From Octopus bimaculoides (taxonomy: Eukaryota), in NCBI RefSeq assembly GCF_001194135.2, contig NC_068982.1, positions 21,289,919 to 21,353,918 of the forward strand: a DNA stretch of 64,000 nucleotides, written 5' to 3'. A model generated the notes under the pieces. That model searched no databases, had not been told where the DNA came from, and was given only the letters and a program-made list of their open reading frames with translations. The stretch's first letter is position 1, and each line of letters starts with the position of its first letter. The translations under genes and the position numbers were made by a program. Positions 53,372 through 64,000 of the stretch are shown here, one piece after another.

Positions 53372-53700
53372 GCGGTAAGCTACCAGAATTGTTAGCACGC
53401 CGAGAAAAATGCTTAGCGGCATTTTCAGGATCGATAAAATATGTACAAGTTGAACACTGAGGCCAATGTAATCCACTTAGCTCTCTTCCAAAATCACTCG
53501 CAGAATTGTTATTATGCCGAGCAAAATGCTTAGTGGTATTTCGTCCGTCTTTATGATCTGAGTTCAAGTGCCACCGTAATCGACATTTCACCCTGAATTG
53601 GATCGATAAAATTAGTACCAACTCAGTACTGGGATCCATTTCATTGACTTAGCCCTCTCAGGAAATTGCTGGCCTTGTGCCAAAATTTGAAACCAATATT
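53372..53700 (+). mobile_element. Two head-to-tail SINE family B copies
   Basis: agcggtaagctaccagaattgttagcacgccg.. (internally deleted) followed by gcagaattgttattatgccgagcaaaatgcttagtggtatttcgtcc..gagttcaag..ggccttgtgccaaaatttg. Confidence 0.8.
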
Positions 53701-54419
53701 GTAAATGCAAAGTGTATGGATTTCCTGGAGGATTAGAACATAGAAAACATGCCTTGCGAAATTTAGTTACAACCATTTATCGTCTCCATCTGAATATTGT
53801 TGAGCTTATATTAGCAATTCTTCTATTTGGGATCGCTGAAATGAGGTGTCAGTAAAGTCGGTGATATTATTCTGCAAAATCAATACCGAAATCAATAATA
53901 ATAATGATTGTTTAGCGTAACAGAATGCAAAGTCTTCAGATCATTGGTCAAAATATGATGCTGCATTCAGTTTATATTTCCTTATTTTCTAAATTCAATT
54001 CATGTTCGATAAAATTATTGTCAATCTTCAGGAGTTCCACGAAGCAAGAACGAGTGAATTATCATGCTTCATTAAGTAGTCCGTAACATCCGGCCGAATA
54101 TATATAGTTTTTTTTTACATTTTTTGGAAAAACTGATCATTTTATTCTAAAATTTGGCACTCGGATAGTAGAAATCATAGCGTGTCCACCATTTTATTTG
54201 ACATACTTAATTTACTGATGTGGTTCAGATTTCCATGCTGAAATACAGATCGTATTATACCTTTTATCCACTTCCTATCATATTCCTAAATTGATTCAGA
54301 TCATTACATTCCATCATGAAATCTTTGGTGCTTTGTCAATACCAAAAATCCTAATCTTCATTTTCACTTACATCACTATAATTAAAATCATCTATATCTC
54401 ATTCAGACCCAAACACACA

Positions 54420-54420
54420 A

Positions 54421-54482
<62 letters not shown>
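54420..54482. repeat. (CA)n microsatellite
   Basis: Direct inspection. Confidence 0.95.
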
Positions 54483-54484
<2 letters not shown>

Positions 54485-56680
54485 CAATATATGTAATCAA
54501 TCAGCGTTGATTATATATGATCGGTTCAACTGCTACAAATAACAATTGATACTTTCACAAATTTTGAGTTGTCCGCCTTTGAAAATAGCATCTAGTATTT
54601 GTAACTGACGGTTTCATTTACAGAGGAATAATACGTAAGAACCACGGCTGGAATGCCTTTTCTCATAGTTCTATTCGGGTGTTCAGCTTTAAAAGTATGT
54701 ATTTGGCTTTGATTCTGTGAAAGGTAAATAGTAATACGATGTCGCCGTTTTAATCGCAATATCTTCCATGACCATCTTCGTTGCACACATTACGACTACT
54801 GTGGTCATTGTCATCGCAATCGTCATTGTTGTTCTCTTCATTATCATATTCATCAACCTTGTCACCGTTGCTCAGCTTTCATCGTCGTCATCATCATTGT
54901 CATTATTATCGTCAACCTTAATCATAGCAGTAGTAGTGGTTGATGATTTTGTTGCTATTGCTCTTGCTGTTGTTGTAAGACCAGATGGTACATTTGGCGG
55001 TAGAAAACGCCATATCGAATGCTAAACTTACTTGCAGTATTCACTTATGATTCTCTGGATTCCGAATACAAATCATACTGACAGATATTTTGTTACATCT
55101 TGTTCTGGATTCGACTGAGTATATATCAAGCAACTAGGTATATTTCTTTCTTCTCTCTTCCGAAGTCTTTGAGCGACGTTTCTTTTGTTTACTGTCGTAT
55201 AAAATAACAAAGAATTGCATTTGTAACCTTCCAATATTAAAGATCCTCGAGGAAGAAATATATGGATATTGACCTCTATATTTAACTTTGTGAATATGAC
55301 TTCTACATGTAACTTTCAATCCTTCTGTATTTCAATTCCAAGTCATATTGCATACTGATCTGTCATCTACGATCTTAAGTAACATAACAGTTAATGTTTG
55401 TATGAGAAGGCGTTAAGAAGCAATCGCTAATGCCTTCTCAGTTTTGAGAGAAAAGGACTAAACCTCAAAATACTAACCGTGGTGCAAAGTGAACGACTAT
55501 GAGAGTGAACGAAACACAAAAGATATTTGTATATAAATCATTATTTATTTTTCGAATTTCAAATAGTAAAAAGCAAAATTGATCTGAGCACAACAATATT
55601 TGAACTTATAGCCTAGATTACCGACTGAAATCTCTTCAGATACTGTGTCCGACGTCTGAAGACTCTGCTAATTAGCTGAATATATGTCTAACAGTCAGAT
55701 ATGAAATTTTCAAAAGTGTAAAAATCTAAACAAAAATTAACGCATAAAAGATCGTAAATGCAAAACTTACTTAACATAATAGATAATAGAAAGAACATCA
55801 CTTTTAAAAATACCTAAACAAAAAAGAAAAAGAAAAACGAAAAAATGTAACTGCTTATTATAAATCACTCGACAAAATATTCGGAATACGAAAAATGCCG
55901 AAACAAATTCAAAACTCATCACACAATGTATGAATCACAAGACTTAAAGATTCATACTGAGAAAATAAGTTTAAATAAACACAATATAAGCCAAAGCTAA
56001 GACAAACAGCCAAACAGTCCTAACTACATTCATAGACAAGTGCATAGATACTTACATAGGAAGATAGAGACACAGGAATATACACATACACGTATTCACG
56101 TTTGTATGCATATGTATAATACATAAACACACATGTATACACAAGGAGATGTATGCACACATTTATATATGGACATATATATGTTCGCTTTTATATATGT
56201 GTGTGTATGCATATATGTATGTATGTAATGTATGTATATATGTGTGTAAATAAACACATGCATGCATACACATAAAGGCAGAGACATATAGAGATAAGAG
56301 ATTGAAAACATAAAAGAAAACAGAGTCAAATTCGACAGTTAACATCTAATCAAACAGCTTAGTTTTAACTTCTAGCTATACTGACATATGTCTCAGACAA
56401 TTTTTGCTGCTTGAATGATAAATGAGTTCTAACTACATGGAGGGCAGGAGGGAAATAAATAAAGAATGAACTGAAGAAGTGAATAAAGAATGAAACTAAG
56501 AATGAAAGCAAAACAAAACAAAAAAACATGAAATGAATAAATGATTGAATAAACGAATGAACGATGAATGTGCGGTAAAAAAAAAAATGTTGGGTGGGTA
56601 TAAAAGTGTAAGTGATTGAGAATGAAGAAAGATGTAGGAGACAGAAAGACTGATAGACGAAGCACACGATATTAGGAAAG

Positions 56681-56747
56681 GTATGAATGACACAGTGTAT
56701 GGAATGACACAGTGTATGGAATGACACAGTGTATGGAATGACACAGT
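56681..56747. repeat. Minisatellite: 4 copies of GTATGGAATGACACAGT (first lacks one G)
   Basis: Units at 56681, 56697, 56714 and 56731. Confidence 0.95.
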
Positions 56748-57126
56748 GAGAGGATGAAAATAAAACTCGTTGTAATGAGTAAGAGCTAAGATTGGAGGAA
56801 AATAGTGAAGTAGGCTGAGCGAGAGGGAGAGACAGAAAAATTCAAAGTTAAAGAGAGAATAGGAGAAGGAATAAAAATAAATACTATGGTAATTTAGTTT
56901 CATTGAGGCATAATATAATGTTCAAAACGTATAGGAACGAAAAGAAAGGGAATGCAAATAACCAAATTACACCTTAAATTTAAATGGTTTGGGGATAAAA
57001 TCCCTTTCATCAAGAAAAACCGGAAGAAACATTGGAGCGCGACGAGTTGTTATGAACAGTGAAGTAAAGCAGAGATGCTTGACTGTGTATGAGACAACAC
57101 TTAGGGTGGATGAAGTATGCTAGAAT

Positions 57127-57129
57127 CTC

Positions 57130-57224
<95 letters not shown>

Positions 57225-57310
57225 TTCTCTTTCTCTCTCTATCTCGCTCTCTCTCTCTCTATTTATCTATATATCTATCTATCTAACTATCTATCTATCT
57301 ATCTATCTAT
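57127..57310. repeat. (CT)n grading into (ATCT)n compound microsatellite
   Basis: Direct inspection. Confidence 0.95.
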
Positions 57311-57419
57311 ATAAATATATATTTATCTGCTCATGTATGTATATATGTGCATATATACACACATATACATGTATATTACTATACACATATACAAGAAATC
57401 GAAGATATATACTACTACA

Positions 57420-57459
<40 letters not shown>

Positions 57460-57964
57460 GTAATGATGTCAGTAAGACCCAAAGGTGTCAGGTAATGCTG
57501 AGTAAGTGCTATGGATAGACCATAGTTAAGCTCCAATTTCGGTGATTATGCAAATAAGGAGTCCAACGTAGGTCATATATGAGAATGTGTGTATATAAAA
57601 AAATATATCCTGGAAACAGCTTTAAGACCTTTTATCTATAAATGTTCTAAAACCTTCACAGCCTTGATTTTTTTTTTTATCTCATTCTGAAAAATAAAAA
57701 AATAAAAAATTATATATTATATACTGAAAGACAAAGGGAGATAGAGAGAGAGGTGAAGTTGATACATGATTAACAGTGTGTCACTCAGAGGTTTATCCGT
57801 CAAACTTAGGGAACCGATCAGGGAACTTTCAGAAGTAAATAAAGGGCGTCAAATCTGAGAAAGCGTCAGGGTGAACTATCGACTCTAATGCTGCAAAGAA
57901 TTTAAACCCAGAATTACGGAGAGAGAGACAGATGGGGGCAGACGATCGTAAGTTGAAAAATAGT

Positions 57965-58165
57965 GCTTTCAAATTTTAGCACAAGGCCAGCAATTTAGGG
58001 GGAGGAAGCAAGTGGATTACATCAACACAGTGCTCAAGTGGTACTTGCTTAATCGACCCCGAAAATATGAAAGGCAAAGGCGACCCGGTGGTATTTGAAA
58101 GCTGAACGTGAAGACGGACGAAGTTCAGCTAAGTGTTTTGTCCGATGTGCCAACTGTTCAGCCAA
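57965..58165 (-). mobile_element. SINE family B copy
   Basis: caaattttagcacaaggccagcaattt..gtggtacttgcttaatcgaccccgaaaatatgaaaggcaaagg. Confidence 0.75.
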
Positions 58166-60645
58166 CTCACAGTATAATTGTTAAATATTAAACGAGAAAA
58201 ATACAATTACATAGATAATAAACAAGAATAGAAAACAATGACGGGTGGAAAAAAGAATAAGAGTGCGATTGCGGTAGATATAAAGAAGGTGAGTTGTTAA
58301 AGAGAACAAAATAGAGTCGGAATTCTAAGATATGCAGTAAAAAGCTGAAGTCATATGTCAAATGAAGGAGATTGACTGAGAGAAATAAAAACTATCTAAT
58401 GACAGGGAAGGAAAATTATAGGAAAAGAGACGAATGGAGTAGCGCTTCGTATCTTAGAGTAAGATGCGCGAAAACGAGAGAGGGGTAATAAAGGAGATGA
58501 AAGGCCTGGGGTTTGAAGAATGAATTATACGTGAAGAATGAGAAAGAAGCGTTGGAAACAGATATAAAAGAGGCAATGAGACGACGCAGTGAAGTTACAG
58601 TTAATTTATATAGATGTATGTATGTATATTTATGCGTTTATATATATATGTATGTGTATATATATGTATGTATATATATATATATATACAGAGTTAAACA
58701 TACGTTTAACATACAGATGTGTGTGTGTGTGTGTGTGTGTATAGCTAAACCTGTGCGTAAGGAAGTGTCAATGTCGATTTATATAGATAAAGAACGTGAG
58801 TGGTGACCGGAGGGGGGATGTTTATGATAAACAGACGCTAATTTATAATTCATTGCAATACAACCAGTGTATGTTACATTCTGAGAGGACGCGGAACAAC
58901 AATAAGTAGAAGTAGTAGAGTAGCAGCAGTAGGAGATAAATAGAAGGGATAAAAGGAACGCAGAGGAGGTATTTATTTAAGAAGAAGTAATTTCGTTGGT
59001 GCTATTGAATGGGTGAAATGATTTTATCATTTTGTTTTTGTGCGCGAGTAAAAGAAAGAGGTTGAAACGCAAATGAATTCCGGTCGGGCTTATCCGAAAC
59101 TCGAACAACAATGTCACAACACGCAAAATATTTACTACAACCAAAGGGCCAACAAGGCAGTTACAACGTTGTTTCTCGGCATGCGAGTGTTATCAATCCA
59201 ATCTCCCTTAAATGACTCTCAACAGCCTTCAGCAAAGGGAAGAACGCATTGTATAAGGCATTCCTAACGATCCTTAAAAAGCCAGCTATGGTCACGGTTG
59301 AATGAATGCCCTTGAACACTCATCGATTAACACAAGGTGTTTAATGGTAGTTAAACGATAAGAAAAACAACAATAGCTAAAAGAACTACTACTACTACTA
59401 CTATTACTACTACTACTACTACTAATACTAATACTACTGTTGCTGCTGCTGCTGCTGCCACTACTGCTGCTACTACTAGTACTACTGATGCTGCTGCTGT
59501 TGCTGCTGTTGACGGCGCTAGCTGTGCGGCAACACTTGCGCATGAGCACCAACATTAGAAGTAGGGACAGCAAAAACTGGTATATAAATAATAAAACATT
59601 GTAAAGATCAAAACATGTTTGAACAAATCAGTAATATATATATATATGTATANNNNNNNNNNNNNNNNNNNNNNNNNNNNNNNNNNNNNNNNNNNNNNNN
59701 NNNNNNNNNNNNNNNNNNNNNNNNNNNNNNNNNNNNNNNNNNNNNNNNNNNNNNNNNNNNNNNNNNNNNNNNNNNNNNNNNNNNNNNNNNNNNNNNNNNN
59801 NNNNNNNNNNNNNNNNNNNNNNNNNNNNNNNNNNNNNNNNNNNNNNNNNNNNNNNNNNNNNNNNNNNNNNNNNNNNNNNNNNNNNNNNNNNNNNNNNNNN
59901 NNNNNNNNNNNNNNNNNNNNNNNNNNNNNNNNNNNNNNNNNNNNNNNNNNNNNNNNNNNNNNNNNNNNNNNNNNNNNNNNNNNNNNNNNNNNNNNNNNNN
60001 NNNNNNNNNNNNNNNNNNNNNNNNNNNNNNNNNNNNNNNNNNNNNNNNNNNNNNNNNNNNNNNNNNNNNNNNNNNNNNNNNNNNNNNNNNNNNNNNNNNN
60101 NNNNNNNNNNNNNNNNNNNNNNNNNNNNNNNNNNNNNNNNNNNNNNNNNNNNNNNNNNNNNNNNNNNNNNNNNNNNNNNNNNNNNNNNNNNNNNNNNNNN
60201 NNNNNNNNNNNNNNNNNNNNNNNNNNNNNNNNNNNNNNNNNNNNNNNNNNNNNNNNNNNNNNNNNNNNNNNNNNNNNNNNNNNNNNNNNNNNNNNNNNNN
60301 NNNNNNNNNNNNNNNNNNNNNNNNNNNNNNNNNNNNNNNNNNNNNNNNNNNNNNNNNNNNNNNNNNNNNNNNNNNNNNNNNNNNNNNNNNNNNNNNNNNN
60401 NNNNNNNNNNNNNNNNNNNNNNNNNNNNNNNNNNNNNAAAGATCAAAACATGTTTGAACAAATCAGTAATATATATATATATGAGTGTGCGCACATGTGC
60501 GTCAGTGCGCGTATATTTTCTGTATACCATACTGCATTGCATATATTTTTCATTCGTGTGTACGAAGCACTTCTATTAGTATGTTTGTTTATCTATTTAT
60601 CCCTGTCTCTGTATGTGTATATCTACGTATGGATGTATATGCAAG

Positions 60646-60680
<35 letters not shown>

Positions 60681-62519
60681 AAAAAACAAATACAACAGTT
60701 GGATCAGAAAGCATATCTTTACACCACAACAGAAATAGTGCAGCACCAGCTGCAGCTGGCAGCAGCAACACCAAGCTCAGTGATAGTAGCAGGAACAGCT
60801 GCAACATCAACATCGACAGCAGCAGCGCCAACAGCAAGAAGCAGCAATAGCATAAACAACATCACAGGAACTCTAGAATGAACAGCAGTTGCAGCAACAC
60901 GAAGACAAGCTGCAACAATAACGGGTACAGCAAATACCCGCAGCAACAAAAACAAGAATACTCTCAGCAGCTGCACCGACAGCAAGAACCTCATTTGCAA
61001 GAAGAGCGGCAGTAGCTTCCATGTGCAAAAGTAACTACACAACAGCAGCAGCAGCAGCGAAAACGTCATGGACAACAGCAACTGCAGCAAAAGTATCTGA
61101 ATGAGCGGCAGCAACAGTACAGCAGCACCGACAGCATTAAATAAACTACTGCTGTTACACCAGCACAAGTAGTTCAACCGCAATACCAGAAGTAAGGAAC
61201 GAATCAACAACCGCAGCAGCAGCTGCAGCAGCAGTAACATCGGCAAATTCAGCAGCAGTGGAAGTTGAATGAAAAGCAGCCACAATGGCCTCAATAGTAA
61301 CATCATTTGAAATCACAGCTTTTCCAGCAGCTGTAAAATGTATTGAAGTAGGAGTAAGAACAGCAAGAACAGGAAGAATAACCAATATGTTGCAGCCGCA
61401 TCAGTAAAAGTTGAAGCAGAAACAGCAGCTACACCTGAGGCAGCAAAGTTTAAAAAAAAAACAAAAACAAAAACAAAACAGAAAAGTAAAATAGAAATAA
61501 CAGCAAGTTTAGTTACAGCTGTTGTAATGACTTCTAACAGAGGCTCAAGACCAGACGTTTGCGGGAGGAGAGAACGCACGAATATTGAACCTTTACTTTA
61601 CTGGTATTTTCTTACGCGATAGACAATCACCTCTTACCCAAAGGTGGAAGAATGACTTGAAGCCGGCGGGGTTTGCTATTATACAAAATAAATAAATAAA
61701 TAGATAGATAAATAAATAAATACTACTAGGTGTTTTGACAGTGACTACTCNNNNNNNNNNNNNNNNNNNNNNNNNNNNNNNNNNNNNNNNNNNNNNNNNN
61801 NNNNNNNNNNNNNNNNNNNNNNNNNNNNNNNNNNNNNNNNNNNNNNNNNNNNNNNNNNNNNNNNNNNNNNNNNNNNNNNNNNNNNNNNNNNNNNNNNNNN
61901 NNNNNNNNNNNNNNNNNNNNNNNNNNNNNNNNNNNNNNNNNNNNNNNNNNNNNNNNNNNNNNNNNNNNNNNNNNNNNNNNNNNNNNNNNNNNNNNNNNNN
62001 NNNNNNNNNNNNNNNNNNNNNNNNNNNNNNNNNNNNNNNNNNNNNNNNNNNNNNNNNNNNNNNNNNNNNNNNNNNNNNNNNNNNNNNNNNNNNNNNNNNN
62101 NNNNNNNNNNNNNNNNNNNNNNNNNNNNNNNNNNNNNNNNNNNNNNNNNGGCAGCGGCGGCGGCAGCGGCGGCGGCGGCGGCAGCGGCGGCGGCAGCAGC
62201 AATTGTAGTTGCAGCAGAACAAGCAGCCACATAAGTTATACAGTAGCAACAACAGTAATAACATTAACAGCAACAAATACATAAAAGTCACCAGTGGAAA
62301 CAGCAACAACAGAAGCAGCAGCCGCAGCAGCAGTAACAACAACAACAACAGCAACAGCAGCAGCACCGTAGCAACTTCTGATGCGACGGAGTCAGGAGTA
62401 ATAGTAGTCATAGCCATCAGTACAGAAATAAACAATAAATCAGCAGCAGCAGCCGCAGCAGTAGTAATAGTTGTAGTAACATAACTATAACAACAACAAC
62501 AACAACAACAACATCTTAA

Positions 62520-62730
62520 CATAGCCAACTATAGATCCCTTTTATGGTCTCTCAACTTGCTAGAGATAGCAGTGAAATCCTTCTTATATCATACACGACT
62601 GTCTTAAGCAAGCACAGGTGGTTGTCAATAATGTAATCCAAGTTAACCTTTAAATAGTGAGAATCGGTCACGGTTGATGGTGTATGCCGGCTTAAATATT
62701 GCTGGCCTGGGGTTAAATAAAAGCAACATC
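62520..62730 (+). mobile_element. Interspersed repeat family D, flanked by (CAA)n
   Basis: tggtctctcaacttgctagagatagcag..gaatcggtcacggttg..gctggcctggggttaaataaaagcaac; related segments at 59180-59330, 54630-54690 and rc 63485-63690. Confidence 0.6.
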
Positions 62731-63301
62731 AACATGAGCAGCAGCAGCAGCAGTAGTAGCTGCGGCAATTAGCAAATGTGTGTGTAATATTTGTTGACGT
62801 TTCAACCCATGTCTGACCGCGTAGGGCAGATTTTGAGTTATATTTGCAGCCATGATCATTAATTTTATTTTCACCATTAGTCCATCTAAGAATACATTAC
62901 TTCAATGTGTGAAAATGTATTCTTATGAATATAGGGCGTGAAAAGCGAGTGTGTTTTAGCTGTTAGTTCTAGAAGGAAAACCGGCTGCGTAGAGGTTCCC
63001 TCATTGGCTCGTATCTGTAACGGCAATAACAACAGCAGCCACACTTTCAGCAGCAGCAGCAGCACAGCAGTGGCGAAAGCAGCAACAGAAACCCAACCAC
63101 CACCACCACCACCACCATGACCATCACCACCACCACCACCACCACCACCAGCACCACGACAATCACCACCACCATCAACATCAAAACCACCACCACCGCC
63201 ATCAACGCCACCAATAACAGTTATGGAAGAAAAATACTGCAAAACAACAGCAGTAAAAACGATAGCAGTAGTTACACCAGCAGCAAGAACAGCAGCACCA
63301 A

Positions 63302-63352
<51 letters not shown>

Positions 63353-63484
63353 CAGCTGCAGCATGAACGGCAGTAGAAACAGGAGCGTAAACTTTAACGA
63401 TAGCATTGGTAATAATTGTAGGTTAAGTATTTCTTTGTGTTGTGGTTGTTTTTGTCCACCCTCATTCCAGCAGGCAGACCTCTG

Positions 63485-63690
63485 TTAAAATAAAGTGCAT
63501 TCCCACCGTGACCATCCCTTCTTTTTTTTTTCTTTTGGGTGAGAAGCGATGACCTTATTACCCACGAAAGAGAGGGTTTTATTTCAAATATTCGCTGCTA
63601 TTTCTAACACATTGAGTGGTCTAAGAAGGGCCCGGCTTATTGTCTCGGGCAAAGGGATGCAATAGGGATCAGTGGAGGTTTGGTGGGAAT
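63485..63690 (-). mobile_element. Interspersed repeat family D, inverted copy
   Basis: gcattcccaccgtgaccatccc..ttcgctgctatttcta..gagtggtc is the rc counterpart of 62520-62730. Confidence 0.55.
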
Positions 63691-64000
63691 ACAAATAACG
63701 TAATAAACATCTCAGCATCAACATCATTAATAACAACAAGACGGAAAATAGTAGCAGTAATCGTGACAGCAAAAGCAACAGTAGTAGTCTTAGCATCAGC
63801 TGCAAGTGAAATAACACGACATATATATAACTTCAATATCTGCAGCAAAGACAGCAACAACAACAACAACAATAACAACGGCTACATCAGCAGCAGCGGC
63901 GACATCATATATGCTATAGCTCTATTTGATCGATGGATCGCTGCGCAAACAAATAAACAAACATTAACACATACACACATATACAGCGTAACGATGAATG

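Larger units (their letters stand above)
59340..63900. repeat. Cryptically simple trinucleotide domain (CAG/CAA/TAG/CAC/CGG mosaics)
   Basis: Continuous degenerate triplet repeats, mostly with the A-rich strand on +; includes (TAG)n 63300-63350 and (CAC)n near 63100-63200; frames interrupted by stops. Confidence 0.85.

Noticed and set aside
56681-56747. CRISPR-like repeat array
   Set aside because: Units are contiguous with no spacers and the context is eukaryotic; a simple minisatellite.
59604-60483. Identical ~42 bp sequence (aagatcaaaacatgtttgaacaaatcagtaatatata) on both sides of the gap
   Set aside because: Most simply an unmerged contig overlap at a (TA)n tract; the gap may be spurious. 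Not treated as an LTR or biological duplication.
59615-60881. Long ORFs in the track (e.g. 420 aa here; also 25401-26463, 27454-28536, 50633-51562)
   Set aside because: They are open only because they run through N gaps and microsatellites (poly-YI, HT, CV, LS translations).
60719-62528. Leu/Ala/Cys-rich minus-strand ORFs resembling membrane or polyQ-antisense proteins
   Set aside because: Translations of degenerate CTG/TTG triplet repeats, with no domain signature or splice evidence.

Overview
AT-rich, microsatellite-saturated eukaryotic scaffold with 22 N-gaps (about 8.3 kb, ~13%), most bordered by simple repeats. The repeat landscape resembles Octopus/coleoid cephalopod genomic DNA (inference from recalled repeat families, not a search). 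I can support no intact host protein-coding gene, rRNA, true tRNA gene or CRISPR array; the window looks intronic/intergenic. The long ORF-track entries are artefacts of N-runs and di-/trinucleotide repeats. Recognisable content is transposon-derived: several tRNA-derived SINE families in many copies, three Tc1/mariner lineages (Tc1 DD34E, mariner DD34D, probable DD41D), a rearranged mariner with an internal inversion, two CR1-group LINE remnants (one with the RT core deleted), and an RTE-like LINE 3' end with three tandem C2H2 zinc fingers. There is also a Penelope-like GIY-YIG remnant whose 3' terminal repeat carries a minimal hammerhead-ribozyme-like motif, recurring twice more as a solo ~180 bp unit. 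A ~250 bp fold-back palindrome and a ~4.5 kb trinucleotide low-complexity domain are also present. Element boundaries are by eye and approximate unless motif coordinates are given.
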